A DNA stretch of 64,000 bases from an uncultured delta proteobacterium (GTDB taxonomy: Bacteria; Desulfobacterota; Syntrophorhabdia; Syntrophorhabdales; WCHB1-27): the NCBI GenBank assembly GCA_963810935.1, contig CAWEPK010000008.1:305492-369491 (forward strand), in the 5' to 3' direction. The notes beneath the pieces are model-generated. The model saw nothing but the letters and a program-made list of their open reading frames with translations, was not told the origin of the DNA and did no database searches. Each line of letters opens with the position of its first letter. The first letter of the stretch is position 1. Positions 1 through 9,188 of this stretch are shown here, piece after piece. Both the position numbers and the translations under genes were made by a program.

Positions 1-663
1 GACCAGTAATTCCAGAATTCCCACAGCACGCCGCAGGCAAGGCCCGCCAGCACGGCCGCGAGCATCGGCTTCAGGCGGCCCTCTTCCAGGTCGCGCAGGA
101 AAGAGGCGCGTCGTGCGCGGTAGTTTATGCCGTCCGCCACAAGGGCGAAAAAGCCCCAGGCAAGGCCGAAAAAGTACGTGGGGAACACCAGGCAGAGGAC
201 AAGCAACAGGAGGCCGAAAGGCATTTCATAACGGCCCCGGCGCCCGGCTGCAAGCGGTGTGCACTTTGCCTCGGGGAGGATGCGCAGGAAAAGCTCGTTC
301 GTCAGGTAGACAGCCGGGATGACCGTGCCGAACGCCAGGAAGTACCCGCCGAACCGGACGACGGGGTACGGCGTCACGTTGATGTAGAACCAGTTTTGCA
401 GCCGCAGGTTGAGAAGCTCGAAGAGGCACCAGAAGCCCGCTGAAAATACGGCGAGCCGGAACAGCCTGCTGCCCGGTACGCGCCTGCTACCGTCTCTTAA
501 AGCCCAGTATCGCGTAGATAAGGACTATGTACGACCACCAGGCTACCAGGTAAAACTGGTACATCACCGGCTCGATCTTTTTTATCAGCGTGTAGTAGCC
601 CAGGAATTGAAACAGGATGGCAAAAACGACCAGAAGCGTGGAAACGCTTTTAGCTTTCAGCAT
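1..663 (-). pseudogene. polytopic membrane protein of unknown family, apparently split by a frameshift; 3' end lies outside the window
   Basis: On the reverse strand, ATG at 663 gives MLKAKSVSTLLVVFAILFQFLGYYTLIKKIEPVMYQFYLVAWWSYIVLIYAILGFKRR, then TAG at 487-489. A second frame, open from about 525 to the window edge, continues with hydrophobic helices (LFRLAVFSAGFWCLFELLNLRLQNWFYINVTPYPVVRFGGYFLAFGTVIPAVYLTNELF ... GVLWEFWNYW). That frame has no ATG/GTG/TTG near its 5' end. It is absent from the ORF track because it is open at the edge. Confidence 0.4.
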
Positions 664-712
664 TCACGCCCCCGAAGGCGCACCCGGACATCGGGACCTA
701 CGGGGTCGACGG

Positions 713-1681
713 CTACCGGTGGTTACTCGCAGACCTCGGCGGCTCCTGGTCCGTCGCCTCTGTAAAATCGTCCGATTGCGGCGGCGCCATGACCCTGACC
801 GCCCCCATATAGTGTCTCTCGAAATAACCGCCGCCGAGATGATCGACTTTTACGCCTCTTTTGAAGACGGAAGAAGCGTGTATGAACGTGCCCTCGCCGA
901 TATAGATGCCCACGTGGCTCGGGTAGCGGGCCAGGTTCTTGGTCCTGAAGAAGACAAGGTCGCCGGTGGCCAGCTCGTCCTTCTCCACTCTTGTGCCGGT
1001 GCAGTACTGTTCCTTCGCGCTGCGCGGCAGTTGGACCTCGAAGATCTCATACATTTTTTTGACAAAGGCCGAGCAATCGAGCCCCCTCACGCTGTCTCCG
1101 CCGTATCTGTAAGGCGCGCCTGCGAAGCTCTTCGCCACCTTAACCAGGATACCGCGCTCCTCCTCGCTCTTCCAGGGCTTGAGCGGCTTGTTGCTGAAAG
1201 CGATCGGGACCTCTGCATCGTCGTCAGCGGCCTTCGGGATGAATACGGTCGTTCCGGGTTTCAGGCGCTTTCTGGCGAGCTTGTTGAGGTCGATGATATC
1301 CTGTTTGTCTACGCTGAACCGGCTCGCGAGCTTATCGAAAGTGTCGCCCTTCCTGGTCTGGTATTCTATGTATTCGTTCTCGTCTTCCCCTGCGGCGGGC
1401 TGAACAGCCGGGATTGTCCGGGGAGCGGCTTGCTTTACGGGCTCTTTCGCCTTTACGGTCTTTACAGGCGCGTTTCGGTCCGCCTTCCAGCGGCCCGAGG
1501 CGCCGCGGCTGTGCTTCGCCCTGGCAGACCTGTACTTGTTAGCCGTACCATGCTTCTTTGAAGTCTTTCGATGTTGATCCCCCGACCAGTCCCTGTTATT
1601 CCGGACGGCCGGATAACCCTGCGAAGAAAAAATGACCAGAACAAAAAGCGTAAAAAAGGAGACTAAAAATGTTCTTCTCAT
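713..1681 (-). CDS. LysM-domain NlpC/P60 peptidoglycan endopeptidase
   Basis: LysM-like stretch YQTRKGDTFDKLASRFSVDKQDIIDLNKL..GTTVFIP. NlpC/P60 core GLDCSAFVKKMY ... HVGIYIGEGTFIHASS. Signal/TM segment MRRTFLVSFFTLFVLVIFSS. Start placed at ATG 1681 (GAGG about 7 nt upstream); the ORF-track start at 1735 is also possible. Confidence 0.85.
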   Translation of the reverse strand: MRRTFLVSFFTLFVLVIFSSQGYPAVRNNRDWSGDQHRKTSKKHGTANKYRSARAKHSRGASGRWKADRNAPVKTVKAKEPVKQAAPRTIPAVQPAAGEDENEYIEYQTRKGDTFDKLASRFSVDKQDIIDLNKLARKRLKPGTTVFIPKAADDDAEVPIAFSNKPLKPWKSEEERGILVKVAKSFAGAPYRYGGDSVRGLDCSAFVKKMYEIFEVQLPRSAKEQYCTGTRVEKDELATGDLVFFRTKNLARYPSHVGIYIGEGTFIHASSVFKRGVKVDHLGGGYFERHYMGAVRVMAPPQSDDFTEATDQEPPRSASNHR

Positions 1682-1902
1682 TATCCGCCTCTTACCCGGA
1701 GTTCCTTTTTTATCAGAAGCGGAAAAATCAGTCAAGCACTTTTTTACGAACAGAATGAGACTTGAAAGGCAAGTCTGCGACTTTCATAAGGAAATATTTT
1801 TTGAGCAGGCGCGCGCCTAAACGACGCAGCCCCACCCGGCGGCCTTATTGACCGGAAGACCGGTTTCGGCTATAATAAAGGGCCTTTAGAGGAGGGCCGA
1901 CC

Positions 1903-3666
1903 TTGAGAAACGTGTATTGCGGCGTGCTCACAGCAGCCGATGCGGGAAAGACTGTCGAGCTTGCGGGATGGGTCTACAGAAGGCGCGACCATGGCGGCCT
2001 GATCTTCTTCGACCTGCGTGACGTGACGGGTATCGTCCAGGTGGTCTTCTCGCCTGCGATAGCACCCTCCGCCCACGCACAAGCACATGAGATCAAACCG
2101 GAATACGTCGTCACCATCAAGGGGACGGTCTCGCCGAGGCCCGAAGGCACGGAGAACCCGAACATCCCCACCGGGCAGATCGAGGTGCTCGTCTCATCCT
2201 TCTCAGTCCTGAACACGTGCAAGCCCCTGCCCTTCCAGCTCGACGAGCCGGCAGGCGACGAGGAAGCGCCGAACGAGTCGCTGAGGCTGAAGTACCGCTA
2301 CCTGGATATGCGCAGGCCGCAGGTGCAGGAGCGTTTTCTTGCGCGCAGCAGGGCCTCCCAGGCGATACGCAACTACCTGACCACAGAGGGGTTTTACGAG
2401 ATAGAGACGCCGTTCCTCACCAAAAGCACACCCGAAGGCGCGAGGGACTTCATCGTGCCGTCGAGGCTGAACATAGGGCAGTTCTATGCCCTGCCCCAGT
2501 CGCCGCAGCTCTTCAAACAGATATTGATGGTGGCCGGGTTCGACAAGTACTTTCAGATAGTCCGCTGCTTCCGTGACGAGGACCTGCGGGCGGACAGGCA
2601 GCCCGAATTCACCCAGCTCGACCTGGAGATGAGCTTCGTCGACGTGGACGACGTAATAGCGGTGAGCGAAGGCATAATGGCTGTCCTTTATGAATCCATA
2701 AAGAAAACGCCGCTTTCCGGCCCATTCCAGCGAATGGACTTCAGCGAGGCCATGGAGCGCTACGGGACGGACAAGCCTGATTTGCGGTTCGAGCTTCCCA
2801 TGGAAGACCTGACGCCGCACTTTTCGTCCACGCAGTTCGGTGTCTTCAAAAAGACGGTCGACGCCGGCGGGGCCATAAAGGGCATCGCCCTGAAAGGCAG
2901 GCAGCTTTCGCGCAAAGACCTCGATACGGCCGTCGATACGGCCAAGTCCCTCGGGTCCGGCGGCCTCATCTGGATGCGTAAAGACGAAGGCAAGCTCGTC
3001 TCGCCCATCGTAAAATACCTCACCGAAAACGAGACGCAGGCAATAGACGCGGCCTTCGCCCTCGAAAACGGGGACGTTGTCTTCATAATGGCCGACGCAC
3101 GCGCCAGGGTCAACGAAATGATGGGGCGGTTCCGCTTGTATCTCGGCGAACGGTACGACCTTATCAGGAAAGACGAGGACCGCTTCCTGTGGGTCGTCGA
3201 TTTCCCGCTCTTCGAATACAGCGAGGAGGAAAAGAGGTACGTTGCCCGGCACCACCCGTTCACGTCGCCTAAAGGACGCGTCTCGGATTTCTCCGGCGAT
3301 TACGACACGATGCGGGCAAGGGCCTATGACCTCGTTCTGAACGGAGTAGAGATAGGCGGCGGCAGCATCAGGATACACGAGAAAGACGAGCAGATGGCGA
3401 TGTTCAGGCTCCTCAACATCAAAGAAGAGGAGGCGGTCGTGCAGTTCGGTTTCCTCCTCGAGGCCCTCGAAATGGGCGCGCCTCCGCACGGCGGCATAGC
3501 CTTCGGCGTGGACCGCATACTCATGATGCTGCTCCACGTGGAAAGCATAAGAGACGTGATCCCCTTCCCTAAGACGCAGAAAGGCGCCTGTCTGCTGTCG
3601 GGTGCGCCCGCGCCCGTTAAGCCGAGGCAGCTTGCCGAGCTGCGCCTGCGGATCACTAAGGAGTAG
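1903..3666 (+). CDS. aspS: aspartyl-tRNA synthetase
   Basis: 587 aa. The N-terminal OB fold (GWVYRRRDHGGLIFFDLRDVTGIVQVVF) and class II motifs (FYALPQSPQLFKQ, FRDEDLRADRQPEFTQLD, GGGSIRIH, PPHGGIAFGVDR) are typical AspS. TTG start at 1903 with GGAGG at 1890-1895. Confidence 0.97.
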   Translation: MRNVYCGVLTAADAGKTVELAGWVYRRRDHGGLIFFDLRDVTGIVQVVFSPAIAPSAHAQAHEIKPEYVVTIKGTVSPRPEGTENPNIPTGQIEVLVSSFSVLNTCKPLPFQLDEPAGDEEAPNESLRLKYRYLDMRRPQVQERFLARSRASQAIRNYLTTEGFYEIETPFLTKSTPEGARDFIVPSRLNIGQFYALPQSPQLFKQILMVAGFDKYFQIVRCFRDEDLRADRQPEFTQLDLEMSFVDVDDVIAVSEGIMAVLYESIKKTPLSGPFQRMDFSEAMERYGTDKPDLRFELPMEDLTPHFSSTQFGVFKKTVDAGGAIKGIALKGRQLSRKDLDTAVDTAKSLGSGGLIWMRKDEGKLVSPIVKYLTENETQAIDAAFALENGDVVFIMADARARVNEMMGRFRLYLGERYDLIRKDEDRFLWVVDFPLFEYSEEEKRYVARHHPFTSPKGRVSDFSGDYDTMRARAYDLVLNGVEIGGGSIRIHEKDEQMAMFRLLNIKEEEAVVQFGFLLEALEMGAPPHGGIAFGVDRILMMLLHVESIRDVIPFPKTQKGACLLSGAPAPVKPRQLAELRLRITKE

Positions 3667-3675
3667 AGACCAGCA

Positions 3676-5490
3676 TTGCCTAACAAAAAGAAGAAAGGCT
3701 TCATTTTCAAAAACATCGTAAAGAGCAGCCAGTTCCCCCTGGTGGATGAAGAGAAACCGGAGCTGTTCAAGGGGGTCTTTCCGTACTCGGAGATGGTGCG
3801 GGTCAATTTCGACCACAAGATAGAGTTGATCGACCCGCCCGAAGAGATCTTTATAACGGACACTACCTTCAGGGACGGCCAGCAATCGAGGCCCCCTTTC
3901 ACCGTAAAGCAGATCGAGGACCTCTTTAGCTTCCTCCACAGGCTGTCCGGGCCGAACGGCGTAATACGCCAGTCCGAGTTCTTCCTCTATACGGAAAAGG
4001 ACAAGGAGGCGGTGGCCAAATGCCTTGAAAAGGGTTACCGCTACCCGGAGATTACGGGCTGGATTCGCGCCAATATAGACGATTTACAGCTTGTCCGCGA
4101 TTTCGGCCTGAAGGAGACGGGCATGCTCACGAGCATATCCGACTACCACATCTTCTACAAGTTCAAGAAGACACGCTCCCAGGTGTTCAACGAATATATA
4201 AAGATGGTCGAGGCGACCCTCGAGGCAGGCATCGTACCCAGGTGCCACTTCGAGGACGTGACAAGGGCCGACATCCACGGCTTCTGCGTCCCCTTCGCAC
4301 AGGCGCTCATGGCGCTCTCCGAAGAGGCGAAGATGCCCGTGAAAATTCGCCTCTGCGACACCCTGGGCGTTGGCGTCACTTACCCCGGCGCAGCCCTGCC
4401 CCGCTCCATAGGGAAGATCATCAGGGCGATGATCGACGACGCGGGCGTGCCGTCCGAGTACCTGGAGTGGCACGGGCATAACGATTTTTACAGGGGCGTC
4501 GTGGGAGCGGCGAGTGCGTGGCTGTACGGCTGCACCTTCGCGAACGGCACGCTACTGGGCATAGGGGAACGGACAGGCAATACCCCCATCGAGGCACTCC
4601 TGATGGAGTATATCTCGCTCATCGGGGACGACAACGGGGTGGACACGAGGGCGATTACCGAGGTGCGGAACTACTTCGAGAAAGAGGTGGGAATGCACAT
4701 CCCGAGGAACCAGCCGTTCGTCGGCTCCGATTTCAACGCCACGTCGGCGGGCGTCCATATCGACGGCCTCGCGAAGAACGAGGAGGTCTATACATCCTTC
4801 GATACGAAGAGAATCCTCGACAGGCCGATAGCGGTAAATATAACGGACAAGTCCGGCCTTGCGGGCATAGCCCACTGGATCAACGCCCATTTCGCCCTGA
4901 CCGGCCAAAACGCGATAGAGAAAAGCAACCCGGGCGTGGCGAGGATCAATAAACGCATCCTGAAGACATATGAGGAAGGCAGGGTGACGGCCATTTCCGA
5001 CGAGGAGATGGAGCACATGGTCCGCATATACCTGCCCTCCGTCCTGCCTTCGGAATTCGAGGCGTTAAAGAAGCGCGCCTACGACATGGCCGCCCACCTG
5101 ATAGAGCGCTGCATCGAGGAGGGCGATCTGAAGAGCATGGCGCCGGAGCGGCAGGAGCTTGTGCTCAACAAGCTCGTTTCCGATTATCCTTTCATCCAGT
5201 TTGGCTACGTAGTCAATGTCGAGGGTGTGAAAGTCACGAGGAACATCACCCAGGCCGTGGATAAAGCAAAGTACGCCAAGATCGACCTGCACGAGGACTT
5301 CTCCGGCAGGGATTGGTTCATAGAGCCGCTGAAATCGGGTAAGATATGGGTCACGGACCTCTATTCGTCGAGGATCACAGGCGCTCTTTGTATAACCGTC
5401 TCCGGCCCCATCGCAGACGAGACCGGCGAGATAGTGGGGATCCTGGGCCTGGATATTAAGTTTGAGGACTTGACCAAGGCTGAGGAGTAA
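3676..5490 (+). CDS. HMGL-like (DRE-TIM) condensing enzyme of the homocitrate/isopropylmalate/Re-citrate synthase family with a C-terminal Cache/PDC-like domain; Re-citrate synthase suspected
   Basis: Catalytic signatures ITDTTFRDGQQS, CHFEDVTRAD, LEWHGHNDFY and GIGERTGN. The last ~130 aa carry a Cache-like pattern (GRDWF...DLYSSRITGALCITVSGPIADETGEIVGILGLDIKFEDL). No TM segment is present. Confidence 0.75.
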   Translation: MPNKKKKGFIFKNIVKSSQFPLVDEEKPELFKGVFPYSEMVRVNFDHKIELIDPPEEIFITDTTFRDGQQSRPPFTVKQIEDLFSFLHRLSGPNGVIRQSEFFLYTEKDKEAVAKCLEKGYRYPEITGWIRANIDDLQLVRDFGLKETGMLTSISDYHIFYKFKKTRSQVFNEYIKMVEATLEAGIVPRCHFEDVTRADIHGFCVPFAQALMALSEEAKMPVKIRLCDTLGVGVTYPGAALPRSIGKIIRAMIDDAGVPSEYLEWHGHNDFYRGVVGAASAWLYGCTFANGTLLGIGERTGNTPIEALLMEYISLIGDDNGVDTRAITEVRNYFEKEVGMHIPRNQPFVGSDFNATSAGVHIDGLAKNEEVYTSFDTKRILDRPIAVNITDKSGLAGIAHWINAHFALTGQNAIEKSNPGVARINKRILKTYEEGRVTAISDEEMEHMVRIYLPSVLPSEFEALKKRAYDMAAHLIERCIEEGDLKSMAPERQELVLNKLVSDYPFIQFGYVVNVEGVKVTRNITQAVDKAKYAKIDLHEDFSGRDWFIEPLKSGKIWVTDLYSSRITGALCITVSGPIADETGEIVGILGLDIKFEDLTKAEE

Positions 5491-5514
5491 GGTCAAACAT
5501 CACCCCTCACCCCG

Positions 5515-5537
5515 CCCTCTCCCCCAGGGGGCGAGGG
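5515..5537 (+). terminator. GC-rich hairpin downstream of the citrate-synthase-like gene (terminator-like, no clear U tract)
   Basis: CCCTCTCCCCC (5515-5525) pairs with GGGGGCGAGGG (5527-5537), with one mismatch. It is followed by AATAAAAG. Confidence 0.35.
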
Positions 5538-5594
5538 AATAAAAGAACGGTACGGCAACATTAAAGGCCGGTACTGTGAAGGAATTCATTAATC

Positions 5595-6714
5595 ATGCTT
5601 GACGACATAAAGGCACGAACCGACGTCCTTGTCGAGCGTATGGCGGCGCTCCGAGGTTATCTTTGACGCCCCTTCCCTCAAGACGCGCGTAGCCGAATAC
5701 GACCAGACCCTGGCCCAAAAAGATTTCTGGACGGACCAGGAGCGGGCCCAGAAGCTGCTCAAGGAGCGGGCCAGGCTCCAGGACGAGCTTTCCCGTTGGG
5801 AGGGGAAGGAGAAGGAGCTTGAGGAGATCCTTATCCTGAGCGATTTCGCCAAGGAAACTGAGGACCAGGAGGACGTCTCGGAGCTTGAGCGAAGGGTCGA
5901 GGCCTTAGACGGCGAGCTGAACAGCTACGAGATAGAGCGGATGCTGGCGGGGGAGAACGATAAAGAGAACGCCATCATCTATATAAACGCCGGGGCGGGC
6001 GGCACAGAGGCCCAGGACTGGGCGGAGATGCTCCTGCGGATGTACCTCAAGTGGTCGGAAAAGAAGGGGTTCGAGACCCAGGTGGTCGATCTTTTAGCGG
6101 GTGAAGAGGCGGGGATCAAGAATGTCACGTTCATTGTCACAGGGCCTTACGCTTACGGCTACATGAAGTGCGAGAGCGGCATCCATCGCCTGGTGCGCAT
6201 CTCCCCTTTCGACGCGGCCGCCAGGAGGCACACGTCTTTCGCGTCCGTCTACGCTTACCCTGAGCTGCCTGAAGACGTCCCGGTGGAAATCAAGGAAGAA
6301 GACCTGAAGATCGATACCTTCCGGGCAAGCGGCCCCGGAGGCCAGCACGTCAACAGGACGGATTCGGCTATACGCATCACCCACCTGCCCAGCGGCATCG
6401 TCGTCCAGTGCCAGAACGAGCGTTCCCAGCACAAGAATAAGGCCATCGCCATGTCCATCCTCAAGGCCAGGCTTTACGAGCTTGAGAAGAGGAAGCAGGA
6501 CGAAAAGATGAACCAATTAAACAAAGAGAAAAAGGAGATCGCCTGGGGAAGCCAGATACGCTCCTACACCCTCCACCCGTACAAGCTCATCAAAGACCAC
6601 AGGACAAAACTCGAGACACACAACAATGCCGCGGAAAACGTGCTCGACGGAGACCTCGATCAGTACATCAAAGCGTGCCTTTTGTACTTGACTTTCGAGC
6701 AAAAAAGAGATTAA
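5595..6714 (+). CDS. prfB: peptide chain release factor 2, expressed through a programmed +1 frameshift
   Basis: Frame 0 from ATG 5595 gives MLDDIKARTDVLVERMAALRGYL, then in-frame TGA at 5664-5666. The +1 frame continues DAPSLKTRVAEYD... to 6714 and contains SPF and GGQ (FRASGPGGQHVNRTDSAIRITH). Confidence 0.95.
5651..5667 (+). promoter_or_regulatory. prfB +1 frameshift site (SD-like GAGG, slippery CTT, TGA C)
   Basis: The sequence cc GAGG tta tCTT TGA C mirrors the classical prfB motif: an internal SD, then CUU UGA C. Confidence 0.9.
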
Positions 6715-6736
6715 GTATTGGTAATGGAAGAGCTAT

Positions 6737-6961
6737 TTGAAGATAACAAGCTGGGCGAGGCTGGAGGAGAAAATTGACATCCTCCTTAAGACGTATACAG
6801 GTGTAAGGGAGGAAAAAGCGGACCTTGCGGGCAAGGTCGCCTCCCTGGAGACAGAGAACAGGGAGCTAAAGGCACTGGTTGCCAAGATAGAGACTGAAAA
6901 AGAAATGGTCATGCAGAAGGTAAAGGGCATTCTGGACAAGATCCAGAAGATGGAAGCGTAA
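6737..6961 (+). CDS. small coiled-coil protein, ZapB-like cell-division factor (start uncertain)
   Basis: 74 aa, heptad-rich (RLEEKIDILLKTYTGVREEKADLAGKVASLETENRELKALVAKIETEKE). It sits immediately upstream of zapA. The start is TTG; an ATG at 6724 opens a different frame (see rejected list). Confidence 0.5.
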   Translation: MKITSWARLEEKIDILLKTYTGVREEKADLAGKVASLETENRELKALVAKIETEKEMVMQKVKGILDKIQKMEA

Positions 6962-7052
6962 GCTGGTGACCGGAATGGGTCTTACCCGCCTGACAAGCTC
7001 CGACCGGGCGTCCGCCAGTCCGGACAGTGACGAGCGGCCCGAAGATGAAAGC

Positions 7053-7346
7053 GTGACCTTGCAGAAGGTAGAAGTAACTATACTGAACCAGGCATTCACG
7101 TTCATGTGCGACGACGAGAAGCGCATCAGGAGGATTGCCGAGCTCGTCGACCGCGAGATCAGTCAGGTAACGAAGGACTTTGGAATAGTTAATACGTTGA
7201 ACTCCGTGATAATGGCCATGATGAAGATGGCCGACGATTACATCGAGATTAAGGACCGGATAGCGAGGGTCGAAGATAAAACCCTAAAACTTTTGAAAAA
7301 GGTTGAAAACGTCGAGATTCCCTGCGGTGTGCGTGATGAATGGTGA
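7053..7346 (+). CDS. zapA: cell division protein ZapA
   Basis: VTLQKVEVTILNQAFTFMCDDEKRIRRIAELVDREISQVTKDFGIVNTLNSVIMAMMKMADDYIEIKDR matches the ZapA pattern. GTG 7053 was chosen as start; the ORF-track start at 6966 adds a low-complexity N-terminus. Confidence 0.8.
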   Translation: MTLQKVEVTILNQAFTFMCDDEKRIRRIAELVDREISQVTKDFGIVNTLNSVIMAMMKMADDYIEIKDRIARVEDKTLKLLKKVENVEIPCGVRDEW

Positions 7347-7637
7347 CCTTAGAACCAACACCTCTTTATCGGGGGCTTATACTTGCTGTGGAGCTGCATG
7401 CCCGCCTTGTTGCGGGACGCATGAAGCAGCAGAAGGGTTCCCACTTGAAACGAGAGGTTCGAGCTCTTACCGTTTACACGGCATTCGCGGGGTCTTTTCA
7501 TAGGGGTAGTACCGAGGATACGTGAGATAAACATAAATAATACGCTGATTTTTGGGAGGTTGAGTTTCAAGATCGGCCATTAACGAAAACAATATAATCC
7601 TCGTGCTGCCCCCTAAAGGAAGCTCTAAGGGGGGACC
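7347..7637 (+). ncRNA. structured non-coding gap: either a 6S-like sRNA locus downstream of zapA or a long regulatory 5' leader of rny
   Basis: 290 nt with no credible ORF. There is a bulged stem-loop GAGCTGCATG-CCCGC-cttgtt-GCGGG-acg-CATG-aag-CAGC (7391-7430). A hairpin CCCCCT (7609-7614)/AGGGGG (7628-7633) buries the rny SD, and an alternative partner GGGGG lies at 7371-7375. I could not verify a 6S consensus fold by eye. Confidence 0.3.
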
Positions 7638-9188
7638 TTGAATATAATAGTCACAGTCGTAATCTGTATAGCAGGTATACTTGCAGGTTACATCGCGTCA
7701 AAATTGATCCAAAAAAAGAAGGTCGGCGAATACCAATCGGTAGGCCGGCAAATACTTGAAGAGGCTAAGAAAGAGGCCGATGTCGTCAAGCGGGAAGCCT
7801 CCATCCAGGCAAAGGATATCGTCATACAGGCACGCAACGAACTGGAACAGGAGGTAAAGGCCAAAAAGGGCGACCTGCAGAACGTGGAAAGGCGCCTCTC
7901 CCAGAAAGAATCAAACATCGACAGGAAGATGGAGACCCTCGACAAGAAGGAAGAGGACCTCGGTAAGAAGGAAAGGCACCTGGTTAACCGCGAGGGGTTC
8001 CTGGAGAACAGGATCGGCGAGGCCGAGAAGACCATAAAGGAGCAGCGGGACAAATTGGAGCAAATCGCCGGGATGAGCTCCGATGAAGCCAAGAAGGTGC
8101 TCATGCAGGCCATGGAGGACGAGGCGCGCTACGAGGCGACCAAGGTGGCCCGCAGGATAGAAGAAGAGGCGCGCGAGAGGGCGGACAAGAAGGCCAAAGA
8201 GATACTGGCCATCGCCATCCAGCGCTATGCGGGAGAGTACGTGGCCGAGGACGCGGTCTCCGTGGTCGCCCTGCCGAACGAAGAGATGAAGGGACGCATA
8301 ATAGGCAGGGAGGGCCGCAACATAAGGGCCCTGGAGGCGGCTACAGGCGTCGATATCATCATCGACGACACGCCGGAGGCCGTAATCCTTTCCTGCTTCA
8401 ACCCGATCAGGAGAGAAGTAGCCCGCGTTGCCATAGAGCGGCTCATCTCGGACGGCAGGATACACCCCGCCCGCATCGAGGAAATCGTCACCAAGGTCGC
8501 CGAAGAGCTGGAAGAGAAGCTGAAGACGACGGGCGAGCAGGCGGTATTCGACGCAGGCGTGCACAACGTCCACCCGGAGGTAGTCAAGCTCCTGGGCAGG
8601 CTGAAGTTCAGAAGCAGTTACTCCCAGAACGTCTACCAGCACTCGCTGGAAGTGGCCTTCATCTGCGGCATAATAGCGGCCGAGCTTAAGCTCAACGTGC
8701 AGGAAGCCAAGCGGGCCGGCCTGCTCCATGATATAGGAAAGGCCGTAGACCACGAGATAGAAGGGTCCCATTCGGCCATAGGCGCAGACCTCGCCAGGAA
8801 ATACGGAGAGCCCGAGGACATCGTCCACGCCATACTGGCCCACCACGAGGAGACGGAGCCCGCCAACCTGCTGGACATAATCGTGCAGGCGGCTGACGCC
8901 CTCTCCGGCGCAAGGCCGGGGGCCCGCCGCGAGATGCTCGAATCCTACATCAAGCGGCTTGAAGAGTTGGAGCGCATCGCGTCGAGCTTTTCGGGCGTCG
9001 AGAAGTCATACGCCATTCAGGCGGGCAGGGAGATCAGGATCGTCGTGAGCAGCGACAAGATGAACGACGACGGCATCTTCCTCCTGTCGAAGGACATAGC
9101 AAAGAAGGTCGAGGCGGAGCTGTCCTATCCCGGTCAGATCAAGGTGGTCGTCATACGGGAGACAAGAGCGGTCGAGTATGCCCGATAA
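7638..9188 (+). CDS. rny: ribonuclease Y
   Basis: N-terminal TM ([17 protein letters not shown]), coiled-coil region, KH domain ([26 protein letters not shown]) and HD domain ([12 protein letters not shown]). TTG start follows AAGGGGGG. Confidence 0.95.
   Translation: MNIIVTVVICIAGILAGYIASKLIQKKKVGEYQSVGRQILEEAKKEADVVKREASIQAKDIVIQARNELEQEVKAKKGDLQNVERRLSQKESNIDRKMETLDKKEEDLGKKERHLVNREGFLENRIGEAEKTIKEQRDKLEQIAGMSSDEAKKVLMQAMEDEARYEATKVARRIEEEARERADKKAKEILAIAIQRYAGEYVAEDAVSVVALPNEEMKGRIIGREGRNIRALEAATGVDIIIDDTPEAVILSCFNPIRREVARVAIERLISDGRIHPARIEEIVTKVAEELEEKLKTTGEQAVFDAGVHNVHPEVVKLLGRLKFRSSYSQNVYQHSLEVAFICGIIAAELKLNVQEAKRAGLLHDIGKAVDHEIEGSHSAIGADLARKYGEPEDIVHAILAHHEETEPANLLDIIVQAADALSGARPGARREMLESYIKRLEELERIASSFSGVEKSYAIQAGREIRIVVSSDKMNDDGIFLLSKDIAKKVEAELSYPGQIKVVVIRETRAVEYAR

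Noticed and set aside
2203-3939. 578-aa ORF on the minus strand opposite aspS. Similar long antisense or off-frame ORFs include 7911..8846, 20239..21243, 21113..22090, 26626..28014, 27863..28849 and 35380..35781. Others are 37458..38225, 40272..41498, 41189..42265, 44821..45960, 49831..50961, 53155..54381 and 55647..56414.
   Set aside because: They fully overlap genes with unmistakable conserved motifs. They have Arg/Pro/Gly/Leu-skewed composition typical of stop-poor alternative frames in GC-rich DNA, and they carry no recognisable domain.
6724-6777. ATG-initiated mini-ORF (MEELFEDNKLGEAGGEN) overlapping the TTG start of the zapB-like gene, which might indicate a third indel fusing MEELFEDNKLG to RLEEKIDILL
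   Set aside because: It is plausible but unprovable from sequence alone. The TTG-started frame is self-consistent, so no frameshift is claimed.
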